Below, one piece after another: positions 26,620-39,595 of a stretch of DNA of 64,000 nt. Under the pieces are notes generated by a model, which was not told the origin of the DNA, did no database searches, and saw nothing but the letters and a program-made list of their open reading frames with translations. Every line of letters begins with the position of its first letter. The stretch's first letter is position 1. Position numbers and translations under genes: made by a program. The DNA is from the human T2T-CHM13v2.0 reference genome, Homo sapiens, in assembly GCF_009914755.1 (NCBI RefSeq), contig NC_060938.1, one strand, 5' to 3'.

Positions 26620-27470
26620 GTTTTTTTTAATTTCTTCTGAAAAAAAAAAACAAACAAAAACAAAACGGGATACATGTGTAGAACATGCAGGTTTGTTACA
26701 TAGGTATAAGTGTGCCATGGTGGTTTGCCGCATCTATTGACCCTTCCTCTAAGTTCCCTCCCCTCACACCCCAACAGACCCTGGTGTGTGTTGTTCCCCT
26801 TTCTGTGACCATGTGTTCTCAATGTTCAACTCCCACTTATAAGTGAGAACATGCAGTGTTTGATTTTCTGTTCCTGTGTTAGTTTGCTGAGGATGATGGC
26901 TTCTAGCTTCATCCACGTCCTGCAAAGGACATGATCTCATTCCTTTTTATGGCTGCACATTATTCCATGGTGTATATATACAAGATTTTCTTTATCCGGT
27001 CTATCATTGATAGGTATTTGGGTTGGTTCCATGCCTTTGCTATTGTGAATAGTGCTGCAATAAACATACATGTGCATGTGTCTTTACAGTAGAATGATTT
27101 ACATTCCTTTGCATATATATGCACTAATGTGATTGCTGGGTCAAATGGTATTTCTGGTTCTAGATCCTTGAGGAATCGCCACACTGTCTTCCACAATGGT
27201 TGAACTAATTTACATTCCCACCAACAGCGTAAAAGCGTTCCTATTTATCCACAGCCTCGCCAGCATCTGTTGTTTCCTGACTGTTTAATAATCGCCATTC
27301 TGAGTAGCGTGAGATGGTATCTCACTGCCGTTTTGATTTGCATTTCTCTGATGATCAGCGATGTTGAGCTTTTTTTCATGTTTGTTGGCCGCGTAAATGT
27401 CTTCTTTTAAGAAATGTCTGTTCATATCCTTTGCCCACTTTTTGACGAGGTTGTTTTTCTTCTTGTAAAT
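26620..27470 (-). mobile_element. L1PA (older, about PA12-PA15) 3' end with ORF2 C-terminal remnant
   Basis: ORF 26960..27196 (WKTVWRFLKDLEPEIPFDPAI...CTCMFIAALFTIAK.WNQPK) matches the L1 ORF2p C-terminus; the 3' UTR follows. Confidence 0.95.
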
Positions 27471-27539
27471 ATAAAAAACATAACGTTTTAAAAAGGATTT
27501 TCTATAGACTAGAGCATAGGACATCTTTGGGTAAATTCC

Positions 27540-27970
27540 CAACACTCTAGCCTTCATTCCTGTGACTTCACCTCCCACTGCTCTCCTGGTTTCTTCTGAT
27601 TCAGCTCTTCCTCAAACGTGCCAGGCCAGTTCCTGCCTTGGGGCTTTTGCATTTTTCTCTTTCTTCTGCCTGGATCCATGCTTTCTGCCCTCCTTCAGAT
27701 TGCTGCTCAATGTCAACCTCTCAATGATGCCCACTCTAATCCCCTAACTGAAATTGTTATCCATCCAACTCAGGTTCTTTATTTCTTCTGCTTTGTATTT
27801 TCTTTAACATGAAAGAAATAGCATATGATTTAGTTTTGATAGCTATCTCCCACTTCCCTCTAGAATAAAATCTCCGTGAAGGCAGTGACTTTGGCTGTTT
27901 TATTCAGTGTGGTATCTCTTGCACCTAGATCAAGTGCCTGACTCATAATACTTGTCTAACAAATGATTGA
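27540..27970 (+). mobile_element. L2 3' end
   Basis: 'ctagaataaaatctccgtgaaggcagtgactttggctgttttattcagtgtggtatctc...cctagatcaagtgcctgac'. Confidence 0.85.
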
Positions 27971-28049
27971 CTCGCCTCTATTATTTCTTACTAGTTACTG
28001 TTCGTTACTGCTCTATTTCCATCTTAACCTTATACCCCCCAAATGAGTG

Positions 28050-29480
28050 CTTATTATGACTATTGTTTTATTCAACCATAATGTTTATCTGGGATCAGAA
28101 TTCCATATTAATAACCTTGAAGATCATTCTATTTCATGGTTTATATTGTTGCTATTGAAAAATCATGTGACTGTCTACCACTCCTTTACATGTAATCTAC
28201 CTTTGCTTTCTGATGCCTTTAAAATTTTCTCTTTATTCTCACTATTCTCCATTTCATTAACTATTCCAAATGTGAATTTATTTTGATTGATCTTGTTTAG
28301 GGATTCATTGTGATTGTTGAATTTGAGAAGTCATGTCTCTGAAAGCTCCTGGAAAATTCTCAGTTATATTCTATTTCAGTAATGTCTCTCCTTATTTCCT
28401 CAATTTTCTCCCTCTAGAACCCATTTAGATAGAGATGCTCAATCTTATCATTCAGTGATTCATGTTTCTTAACCATATATATTATCTCTTCATCGCTCAG
28501 TACTGCAGTCTGGGTGATTGCCTCACATATGCCTTCTAAATCATGAAATTCCTCTTTTTTAAAGAAATTTTATTTTCTTTTTATTTTTTAACTTTCAAGT
28601 TCAGGGGTACATGTGCAGATTTGTTGAAATCCTTCTTTATCTCTAATTTGATCTTTAAACCCATCCACTGGACGTTACTTTAAATTTCTAGCAACCAAAT
28701 ATGCATTTTTACAAACTTTTCCTACTAATTTTTATCTCATCCTTACATATCTATTTTTTCATTTATTACTTTGATAATTGTAAAAATTTATGTTATAGTC
28801 TATGTCTGATATCTCTAAATTTTGAGAGGCTAAATCCTGTATTTGTTATGTATGCTAACCCATTCTTGGTTGATTTTTTTTCCTTGTATGTTTGATAATT
28901 GGGACCATTAGCTTATATTGAGCAGGGCTTTAGCTGTCTGTTTCCACAGAAATATTTGGCATCTCTTCTGCCAGTTACCCCAAGGACAACATTTATCCTA
29001 ATTTCTTGATTTAAAGGTTAACAGACTGCATATTTTATAAGTATGAAGCCAACCCATATAAAGGTAGTTCTGATTACAAACTTTTCTGAAATAAGTATTT
29101 AATTGTTTACTTATTTATTGTTTTATTGTTTTATTCAATGTCAAAAACAAACTTATTTGTCATATTTCCTAGCCAATTAGCAATTTTTCCTATTACATCA
29201 TTTTATGAAGGTATAGTTATTCAAAGGTATTAGCTTTTTAATAAGAAATTCAGTTCCATCTCCACTCCCTGCCCCTTCACTCAGCCTTGTCTCTTCTCAT
29301 CATGTAGATATTAACATTCTAGGTTCCTCATTTGCTGCTGTTTCATAACTGTGCTTCCTAAATTAATTTCTCTCTTTGTTTTTTGCTACTGGAAATGTTC
29401 TTTACTCTTTAGGTTCCTAGGTATGAAATTAAATTTTTAAAAATATTTTCTACAGTATTTCTAAATATTTTATAGTAGAA
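28050..29480 (-). mobile_element. Highly diverged L1M fragments
   Basis: T-rich reverse ORF1-like text 'ggaaaattctcagttatatt...tctagaacccatttaga'. Confidence 0.55.
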
Positions 29481-30362
29481 GTATACAGGTTGTCTACTAC
29501 CACATTCCTGATACCAAAGTCCTTAAGGGTTTCAAGAGTGGAAGTATATTCCAGGGAAATCTACAACAAAGAAGTCTGACTCAAACCAGATACATGAGGC
29601 AGGGCCAAAGCTCCTATAGCATATGGGAGATCATAATGAAACGTAACTCTGAAACACTTCAGGCTCACATGCTTCAGTGTGAAAGGGCCTGAAGAACTGT
29701 CTTGGGAGAAAGCTGCTTGTCTATAAATCTCAGTAAGAATCATACACTTTCCACATCCATAGTCTTTATGCAGATGGCATTGCCTTGAAGAAGTGTTCTC
29801 TTGTATTTCCAATACATTCTGTCATGAGGCTACCAAGTATTTGTACCATGAACTTCCTCTTTAAGTGAGTCTTCAATTTTAAGCATTCATAAGGGAATAC
29901 AGTAAGAGTTGGATGCATAATTAAGCAGTCATGGTGACATTGTCTTGAAACTGTGTCAAATTCTGAACATATGTATTCACTATTAGATACCAATAATACT
30001 TTTAGTCCCAGACTGGGTATATCCAATTATAGTTTTGTAAATATCTTGTGTTATAAATTGTATCCTTTGTATGAATGTTTTCATTTTGCAGGATGTATTT
30101 TCCTTGTAACTGTGAAAATTGGATGCAACTGCTCATTAACTGGGACACATTTATATAATCTGGCATAACTTAGAACATTAATTAAGGCAGAGCATGTTTC
30201 AAATATACATGCCCTTTCCAACAATTACTGAATTGGTTGGGAGGAGGGTGCATATCTCTTTGGTACAATAAAAATTTATATATTCAGTTGCTCTTTTGAT
30301 GATGTGACATGAATTCGCAGACATAGAGCATTATTCCTAGTAAAGGAAGATAAATAGATGAT

Positions 30363-30406
<44 letters not shown>
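30363..30406. repeat. (TAGA)n tetranucleotide STR
   Basis: About 8 perfect TAGA units plus degenerate flanks. Confidence 0.95.
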
Positions 30407-30409
30407 AAG

Positions 30410-30758
30410 ATGTCCATTGTATCTTATCTACATTTCGAAGATTTCCAAAGTCCTGAAAATTGAAAACGTGTTTTATAATTCATTTGACAACAAAATCTGA
30501 GCTGACCCCAATTTTTTTAATGGTAAAGCGTGATCTAAACACATATGAGCTATTTAACACACTTACTGTGCCTATTACACATTGGACTGAATAAATATTA
30601 AGGTGTTGATTACAGGGCACTTCCCCAGACCTTAGTAGGGTGTTACATAATGTATACATTATATAAAATTTGCACTACATTACCTATCTAAAGTCCAAAA
30701 AGATGCTGAACTCTGAAAAACTAAGACTAAGAGTCTCAGAATGCATTGTGGGCCTGTA
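30410..30758. mobile_element. Probable Tigger-like (TcMar) non-autonomous DNA transposon
   Basis: Ends in 'gcattgtgggcctgta' (CAG/CTG terminus plus TA target) with a degenerate left end; family uncertain. Confidence 0.4.
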
Positions 30759-31103
30759 ATAAACTAGCATTAAAAACTAAGAGAAATCCTTTAAAGAATT
30801 ACTAAAATATCTATGAATTTGGAAACTCCAAACATAGATTTAAGACAGCACTCATAAATCACAATTTTACTTTCTTGTATAAAGTTTAACAAAAAAGTGT
30901 ATATGTATGGTAATGTATTATCAAAATTTAATTCAAATAGGCTGTAATGCTATAGTGAGTACTACTATTTTTAAGCATATTTGGAATGAAAGCATGCATT
31001 AAGTAATAAATATGGCATTTATAGCCACTAAAAGATGTTTGAAAAAATTGAGAGAGTAATCTCCTTAAAGTTATATAAATGTTTGAAGTTTTTTATTTTA
31101 TTC

Positions 31104-31321
31104 CAGGATTTCTCAATAACAGTACTATTGATATTCGAGGCCAGGTAATTCTTTGTTGTGGGGGACCAGTCCTGTGCAATGTACACTGTTCAGCAGCTTA
31201 TCTGACCTCCACTCACTAGACGCCAGTAGCATATTTCTTTGCCGATCCCCAGTCCTTTTAATCAGCAATGTTTCCTGACTTGCTAAATGGCAAGGTGGCA
31301 ACTTAGTGGAGAAAAACACTG
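31104..31321. mobile_element. MER20 (hAT-Charlie)
   Basis: 'caggatttctcaa...gtaattctttgttgtggggg...cctgtgcaatgta...cactcactagacgccagtagc...gagaaaaacactg'. Confidence 0.9.
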
Positions 31322-31349
31322 TCTTAATCCAACTCTCAAATAAGACTTC

Positions 31350-31500
31350 ATAGTTTGTAAAAGTATTTTCACATATATGCTGTTATTTCACCACAAAATA
31401 GCTCTGTGAGGTAGTATTAACATGTCCAAGTTAGAAATAAGGAAACCAAGGCCCAGGTAGGTTAAGGAACTTGCCCAAACCACATAATTGACCAGATAGG
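31350..31500 (-). mobile_element. MIR
   Basis: 'taaggaaaccaaggcccaggtaggttaaggaacttgcccaa'. Confidence 0.85.
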
Positions 31501-32059
31501 ACCACCAGTCTGCTCAACCAGGTTCTTCCTTCAACATCATCCTGAAAAGAGTATTGTGTCTATAAGACATGTTATAGATCATCTCTAATTTTTGAAAAAA
31601 GCAAACTAGAAACAACACATTTTGGAACATATGTTAAATCGTTTAAGAACACAGCAGACAATTACTTATGAAACCACTCATCTCTGGGTTTAAGCCATAA
31701 GTTGATCATCGGCATGCCAAATAGAGCCAGCTATTTTCATACTTCTAAGTCTTACCAGGCAATGACTCTTGTGGATAAGAAAAACTAGCAACATGGAAAT
31801 AAGCTGGTGGTATGGAAATCACTTTGTGACTTCTTACTAACAATCCCACCATAAAATCACTTAAAATAATTCCAAATTCATATTTTAAAATGGAATATTA
31901 CAATGAACTGTGATATGAATAATCAAGAAAATTAGCATTAAACCCACGAAATTAGTTCCCAATAGCTCCAGCTGTTTACAATTCAGTTTAGGGAACAGGT
32001 AGTATCACATTGCTTTAAATGCATAATAGGAATGCATTTTCAATTGCACACTTATCTCT

Positions 32060-32358
32060 AAGGCTTTAAATCTTCGTGAAGTTTATTTGACACTGTGCCA
32101 GATAAGGAGCAGCACAGTCACAGAAGCCGGTACACAGCCAGTCCAAGCTCTTTTGCAAAGCACTATCGGCAATTCCAATGAAACCTGGGACAGTCTCCAC
32201 ATTATTGATGCAATTTCATTTTCAAATGTCACATTCGTGTCAAATTGTTTACTCCCAAGAGATTTTGCAATTCACAGTTCAAAGGCATAATTTTCTTATG
32301 CTTTTTATTAATCCGTATTTTGCATGACAGGTGCATCATACATTGTTGTTGTTATAAC
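32060..32358 (-). other. Candidate terminal exon (short coding tail plus 3' UTR) of an unidentified minus-strand gene
   Basis: Acceptor 'gtgtgtatttttacccatag|GTTATAAC' at 32358; unique non-repeat sequence retaining CpGs; AATAAA at 32304-32309 and 32082-32087 (minus). Reads GYNNNNV* (phase 1, after G) or VITTTMYDAPVMQNTD* (phase 0). Confidence 0.6.
32082..32087 (-). terminator. Candidate polyadenylation signal AATAAA
   Basis: tttatt on + strand at the distal end of the candidate terminal exon. Confidence 0.4.
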
Positions 32359-32481
32359 CTATGGGTAAAAATACACACATACTCCCAACATTTGGTAATA
32401 GTCATCAAAATCATAACATTTTATTTAAAGATAAAAAGGTCAGTCGATTGGAGTCCCTGTACGCCACATACGGATCTTTAA
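32359..32481 (-). other. Candidate alternative upstream 3' acceptor extending the terminal exon
   Basis: 'gccttacttctcag|TTAAAGATCCGTATGTGGCGTAC'; CpG-containing, exon-like; reads LKIRMWRTGTPID* or (V)KDPYVAYRDSNRLTFLSLNKML*. Confidence 0.4.
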
Positions 32482-35212
32482 CTGAGAAGTAAGGCTTTTT
32501 ATCTATTTAAAATGTGAATAAGCATAATGTCAAGATACAGGTGCATTACTTAAAACAGTTTTGTGAGTTACCTTGAAATCTGACATTTTCACCTACATTC
32601 TGTTTTTAAATAAATCAGAGTAATATAAAAATATTTAAAACTGAAGGATTTCTGTAGCTTAAAAAGAGATGTGTCTTATGACTTAATGCCTGGACTTCTT
32701 AGGATGCAGTAGCTTTTCTCCTCTAATATATATTTACATGACATGGGTACATAAAGCAGAAGAATAATTTTCATGTTTTTATACAAAAATAATAATACCT
32801 GCTTACCAAAACAAACCTTAAATAGCTAGAACTATAGGAAGCATGAATTTTCTAAATAAAGGGCTAACTTTACCTAATTATTTTTATGACACTCTTTATC
32901 ATAATATTTCAGAATCAAGAAACTTATCACATACGTTTGTTTCCAAGCTGAAGGGCACACTATAACAAATGACCTATTCCATCCAATTTTATTGTTTCTT
33001 CACAATCACAGTAACTTCACTTACAAGTTTTGGTGTTTATAAACTAAGTAGAAGAGCTAACTAACCCAATGCATAACAGTTCTAGCAAGCTTGTAAAAAT
33101 CCATATTATATTTCTTACTTAAACAATTGCCTCATACCCTGTGGTCCATCCATTTGGAATAGTAGAAGAAGAACTGAACTAAGTGTGCAGAGATGACTCA
33201 CTCATCCAGACTCTACCATTAAAGAATAACAACAGGTGACTCTGAGCTGCAGGATCGTTATCCGAAAAACAACAAAATTGGAGCTACTTTCTTACCCAAT
33301 TGTCATAGAGAAAATTTAATTAAAATCAACACATTTTTGAATACACACACACACATTTGTACAAATGTAGGATATTTTTACTTATCATTGCTTTCTTAAC
33401 ATTCCAAAATTAATGGATTTGAATCCCATCTAATCCATAGTTTTGAATTCCCCCCAACAAAACCATACTCCCACAATAGATGTTAAAATTTTTACATCCT
33501 AACAGTAACCAAATTCTAAAAAGGTAGTTGAAAAACCATTAATGAATTTTGAAATTAAGGATCTGAATATGGATATCTATAAATCAGAGTCTTAGAGATT
33601 GCAAATGATACTGATTATATTTAATAATAATATTAAAGGTAAATGAAGTATACCAGTTCTTATAAAACTTGAATCACAATTATTGTGTCCTATTTACATA
33701 ACTCCTAGCCCACAGACATTGATAACCATATTGTGAAAGCCTACCTGTATCTGTTATGTGAGATAAGTGTTCACCAACCTCAAATAACTCATCCCTAAGA
33801 AAACAAGATTTTATTTTTCTCAATAGGTAACTTAAAAAATAAAGATAACCCTTCAAAATTTTTATTTACTCATTTATCAAAATGTTAGAAAAATCAATAA
33901 ACAAACTATAACAGCAAAAATTGAATATAACTGACTTTTTAAAATACCATATTCTATTTGGCCTAGAAGCATACAGCTTTACTTAGAAGCCCACAGAACA
34001 CATGGGCAAAAATTCTGCCAAATTTATAATGCCATATAAGCTTCTTGAAGATAGTATTTGTGTTTTATTCCCAGTGACCATCACAGTTCATGAAGGATTA
34101 GGAAATATTTAACAGCTCTATTCCAATGACTGACAGACACTGAAAATGTAGCAAGCCCAAAACTAAATTTTTACCTTTCCTCATGTCTAACCCTCATCTC
34201 CTTTATCATTGCAGTGGTCTTTATAACTGCAAATGTTATCAGTTAATATGCAATTATGTACATTAGAAATTAGAATAATTATTGATGCCTTCCTTGCCTG
34301 AAATGTGGTACGTTTCCTACGACCATTGATTTCACTTCTAAATCTGACTCAGATTTAACATCACATGGGCCACACAGAGAGGCTATACTGACTCTGAAAG
34401 GAGCTGACATTCCACCAGTGTGGAACTTTTAGACTTACAGAAAATAAATCCGTAAGTCTATTGAATACAGAATTACACATTGCTTGGAAAAAGCCATTTA
34501 AATTCACAAACTCCACTTCCTTGGGTTCTCTGTTTTAAAGGGCCCCTAGGGTGTTCTGCCTTTAAACTTTAAGAATTCATCTGGAAAAGGAGAATATGGA
34601 AACTTTTGGTGACCTCTTTATCCCATGTAAAATATTCAAATTATTTTCTATACTCGGAGATCAGATTATATTGCTAAAGATCCTGTAATTCCTAGTTTTA
34701 GGTAATACCCTTAGCAATTTTCTCTTTTCAACACAATTAAAGATACATGGTTCAATATAGTGGAATTTAACATTGTAATACATTCTTCCCCTGTCATTTT
34801 AACCATTGAAACAATCCAATCCATTTCAGTGGCACAATTTACTTGTAACTGGAAAGAGCTTAGAAAAGAAAATAGAAAAATCTATACCATCTAATGTTTC
34901 AAATAAATATTTTCCAGAAACCAATACAATTATTTTAAGGACGTGAGTTCTCAAATGTCAAAATCTATAGTTCTTTTTAACAATAAGTGCATGTAAGCTT
35001 AATTTTTCTAATTTCCCATCACTGTCTGGATACTTCCTATCTTTTTAAGAATAATTTTCTGTAATAAACCTTTTTGAAGTGATTTAATGTTCCTTTTTTC
35101 CTTATCCCGTTCTTAAGAATTAGGTTTTCATACACACTGCTCCTCTGCCGCCATTTGATCTGTCACTGTAAAGCGCACACCGTGACTTCCAATTCAGAGT
35201 ACCCACACTTAC

Positions 35213-35240
35213 CTTCAAGGCCTGCTTTCTCCTGTCCTTG
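35213..35240 (-). CDS. 28-nt microexon candidate (QGQEKAGLE, KDRRKQALK or RTGESRP*, depending on phase)
   Basis: 'ctctttttctttcgttgtag|CAAGGACAGGAGAAAGCAGGCCTTGAAG|gtaagt': strong polypyrimidine tract, consensus AAG|gtaagt donor, purine-rich body. Confidence 0.7.
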
Positions 35241-35782
35241 CTACAACGAAAGAAAAAGAGCTCTGGATACTTAATTTTGTTGCCATTCATTTCCAACTAT
35301 TGTTTATAGTTGTGCTCAGCCTCTGGAATCAAACTGACTTATTTCAGTTATATGGTCAATTAGGTGGTTATTTTTCTGTTAGTGTTAAAACTTGTTTCAA
35401 TAGAGTTTTATAAATTCCAATACCTAAATGAAAAGGTTTTCTAACCTGTTTTAATTCATTGTGAATAGATAACGTTTAACAGTACAAACCAAAAGAGAGT
35501 ATTCTTTTCCTTATTTCTTAGGATTTTCCTCTTTAATGCACGTGCATACCTGGAATATCTTCCCAAATGTATTCTTGTAAACATAAAATATAAAATTCCC
35601 ATTAAATTTACATAATGACATTCCCAGACCTGTGCTTATAACTAACAACTTTTTCAATATTCACTGGTGGTTTCACTAAAAATACATTTTCTACAATTTC
35701 TACACAAGAAAACTCTTTGGAAACAAATATGTTAAATTTCAATAACCTTATATGAAAAGGGAGTTTTATAATATAGAGATTC

Positions 35783-35803
35783 TTAAATATTCTCATAGAT
35801 TAC
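35783..35803 (-). other. Strong 3' splice site followed directly by GTAATC (alternative last exon VIYENI* or recursive AG|GT site)
   Basis: 'ctttccttcttttttttgttttctgcaacgactgtttcacatttctcttcttttctag|GTAATCTATGAGAATATTTAA'. Confidence 0.45.
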
Positions 35804-36029
35804 CTAGAAAAGAAGAGAAATGTGAAACAGTCGTTGCAGAAAACAAAAAAAAGAAGGAAAGCTCTATAGGATGACAGTTTCCACAGTTTAACCCAATAAG
35901 TAATTTATAAACTGATAGTAAACTAGTATACCTGGAAAGGTCTCAAACTAAGAGCTCACCAAGGTGAGGTAAAGGCTCCATGGGCCTCACCTATATCCCA
36001 GAGGCTGTAGGATATGAAGATCTGCAGGC

Positions 36030-36230
36030 TTTAGAACTTTGAGCCTAGATTCAGAGCCCTGTTCTATTACTTACAGTCCCATGACCCTCTGGCTAATCAA
36101 TAAACCTCTCTGAGGCTCAGTTCCCAAGCTGTAAAATGGGAATAATAACGTCTACCTTGAGCAAAGACATAAGAAATAAGTTAAATTTATATGGATTCCA
36201 AACACACAATACGGCGAACAAGTGTTAGCA
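36030..36230 (+). mobile_element. MIR
   Basis: 'aacctctctgaggctcagttcccaagctgtaaaatgggaataataacgtctacct'. Confidence 0.85.
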
Positions 36231-36715
36231 CTCTCAATTACAAAAAGAATTTTCCAAGTTGTACCCTCAGGGTATGAATTTACTTTACTTGGGTTTATGA
36301 ATTACTTTAAAAATGTTATTTCCCTCAAATTCATCAGGTCAAGTGACATTACTTTGGTTGGTACTACTCTCATGAACCAAACTTATTCAAAAAATTTTTA
36401 CAAAAATACAAACGTCATTAATAAGTAAAGCAAAAACACTATACGTATATATTCAACAAATACTTATTAGGCACTTTTATTTCCCCATTCAGTTTCTTAT
36501 CCTCCTTATGCTTTGAGAAGACCTCTATACTGCCAGAACAGGCATTTGAGCTTTTACCAAAAAAATGAGGTACAAAAATGAGGAAAGGAAAAAGGACCAA
36601 AATCAGTTTCAGGCTGGGGAAAGTGTCAGAGAAGAAAGGTGTGTGAGCAGGCTGAGGAATGTGAAGGAAGTGGATTTGGGAGAAAATGGTGAATTAATAA
36701 GTATTACTATGGAGA

Positions 36716-36741
36716 ATATATATATATATATATATATATAT
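36716..36741. repeat. (TA)n microsatellite
   Basis: About 12-13 TA units. Confidence 0.95.
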
Positions 36742-36999
36742 TCCAGTAGAGTTTAAGAAACGCAAGTGATGTTCACAAATCAGTATTACTTTTGGGATTA
36801 GGACTGTGTTCTTTCAACTACAAAATGTCTTTAACGCAGACAACATTTAAAGACACTATAAACATAAAGTCAAAGGAGTGGCCTCATCAAACCAGAAGAG
36901 AATGGACCTACCCTGACGTGAGTGGGGCTAGGGGCCGGAGGAGAACACAGAGGCAGGTGAAAAGCTAAAGGTAAGTAGAGGGTGAGAACAAACATTTTT

Positions 37000-37232
37000 G
37001 CTGCTAACAATAACAAGTATGTTTATAAAGCTTACTATACATGAAGCTGTGCTCTCAATTGTTTTCATGTATTAACTCTGTTAATATTCTCAACAAACCT
37101 ATGAAGTTGGTATGATTATTATCTGCATTTTACAAATTAGGAGACTGAGTCAGGAGGTGGTTAAGTAACTTGTACAAGATCACAGAGCCAATAAGTGACA
37201 GTCCTAACATTCAGATCCAGCCAATCTGGCTG
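37000..37232 (-). mobile_element. MIR
   Basis: 'cattttacaaattaggagactgag...ggttaagtaacttgtacaagatcacagagc'. Confidence 0.9.
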
Positions 37233-39581
37233 CTTGTTTTCTATTAGTGTTTTGTTAACTGAAGTTGAACAAATTAAACTCTCCTCAGCAATCTGTCCTT
37301 AATTTAACTTAAATTTCCATCAATATTTTAAACTGGATTTATACATCTAATATATTTAATTTGTAAGAACTTCACCTATCCAATAAATGCTTTCTTAAGC
37401 ATGATCCTTGTAAATCTAACAAATTAAACATTATATATACACTTAAATATTGCATTTTGTTAAATATTACAAACATTTTACATAACAAACATAATGATTA
37501 TCCTGAATTGAACACAAAAATATTTACATTGTGAGTTTGCTTTGATTTTTGTGCTTTGGTTTTTCCCTTCTGCATTTATTTTCTTATTTTCCTAAGATTG
37601 TATCATATTTTTGCAGAAAGTTTAGGGAGGTGCAAATTGCGACGTTAGGCAGTGTAAGATTCCTGGGTCAAAAATTCAGTCAAATGGTATTATTGCTTAG
37701 TGGTTATTAAGGATTTAAGACTGAACAAAGTTTCTAAGGGAGAGCAGCTTCTAAAATGTTTCTACCTAAATTGCTTGTTTAATTGCTATATTAATAGGGG
37801 CTTCAGCTCTATATTTACTAGAGATTTGTTTGACTCCCTACATATCTCCAAGGATTAAGTAGTTACTTCCACAGACAACTCTTTTTAACCTGTTCATATT
37901 TTTATTATTTAATTCGTATAGGCAAAATTTTCACCCCACACAGGTTGCTGTTACTTTCCTTCACATCTGCGTTCCTTTCATATTCTTGTTTTCTAGGATT
38001 TCAGCCACAGCTCTATAAACAATCACACTGACATTTTTGCTGAATATTTCACTTTTCATTCCATTATAAGTGAGGATGGGCCTGGGGTGCTTCTAGGTGG
38101 TATTATGATGAAAGGACTTGAAATCTGCCCCCAGATCACAGTCATTCTTCCCTGGGTGGACCCAGGGAAGACACATTTATAGAATAATGATAAGTAAATA
38201 GGGATGGTGTCCTACTTTCATGAATTAGCTTTGAAAGCACTCTTAGGCCACCTTCTACTTAAGGGCTTGGAAAGAAGAGGTGGGGAAGTGTCTAAACCGT
38301 GTTCACACAGGCCATACTTCTAACCTTTTTAAAAGCCCCTCTTTCAGAAAATGGAGCTCCGTCAGTGGACTGACTATGATGACAATTCAGATCACGCTAT
38401 TTCATCCTTTGGTGGAGCTATAGAGAGGTAGAGAAGGCCACAAAGGAAGTTTGAGGTCTCAATTGTCCCTAGTTGCATTCTCCTTAAAGTTCAAGGCTTA
38501 AAAGAATAAAATGGCCATCATAGTTTTTCATAAACATTCTCTCCAAAATTAATTGCACTTCATCATTTGTGAAAAGCAACTTTAAAGACCAACAGACTTA
38601 CATTTGAATTCCTCTTTGGGGAAGTTTTTATCTTTCTGACATTGCGTAAATTACTTTTCTGAGCCTGAATTCCACTTATTTATAAAATTAAGTCAATTCT
38701 ATCTACTTCCTAAAGCTATCATGATGAAATGACAGATTTAAAATATTAGACATATATTAATAATTATCAATGTAATAAGCTGAGAGATATTGGTTTCTCC
38801 ATTCAGACACTACCCCATCTCTTCAACTTAAACACATTGCCCTCTTTTACCATCTGGCTTATCCAGCTTATAGCATGAAGCAATACCACTGCCTGTGAAT
38901 GGTCATGAATCTCCAGCTATTCTACCTATAATAATGATTGTATCACTATAACATGTTTATCTGAACTTCAAAGTTAAATTAATTATCCAAGCCTAGTTCA
39001 TTACTCTAAATTTAAAATAAAGCCATCTAATTCAAAGAGAACTGATAGCCATTTTTATCAGAATTTGTGGTATAATTAATGTTGGCTTGGTATGCCCTAA
39101 TAATTGAGTGATTGGCGCTACAGATCTTTGCCAAATGTGGTTTCAGATAGACTGACTACAACTTACTAAACACAATGGTTTCATAATTCTTCTGTAGCTG
39201 TGGTCAGACCTACTCACAGATAGCATTTTTCTAAGGTTCTCGTCTCTTCTTGTTTTTACTAAAGTTAGACAAATGTTACATTCTCATGAGAAAGTAAAAT
39301 TTTTATATCCATCAGTGCTACAAGAGTTTAAAAAATTATGTCAGCCCAAAGGGGGTTCATTTATGATAGAACCATTGGAAGTAGGGCATGAATTATTCAG
39401 AATTTTAAATTACAGTCTCATCTTAATTTACTTCCATGTCTTATCAAAGGAACACTCAAGTTAACCATTGAATAGGACAGATTCCTTCATGATTTGCTGC
39501 AAACATCCACTCCTATGCCAAGCCATTCACTCATGGCTTCACTTCTTGGCTGGGTGTCTTCAAAAGGAAAAAAAAACTTAC

Positions 39582-39595
39582 AACATTGCCCTCAT
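39582..39595 (-). other. 14-nt microexon candidate ATGAGGGCAATGTT
   Basis: About 60-nt AG-free T-rich tract containing TGC, then 'ttttggtttaaaag|ATGAGGGCAATGTT|gtaagt'; the AAG acceptor is weak. Confidence 0.4.

Noticed and set aside
26610-27578. ORFs resembling reverse-transcriptase protein
   Set aside because: Broken remnants of the L1 ORF2p C-terminus and 3' UTR in a truncated element, not a functional gene.
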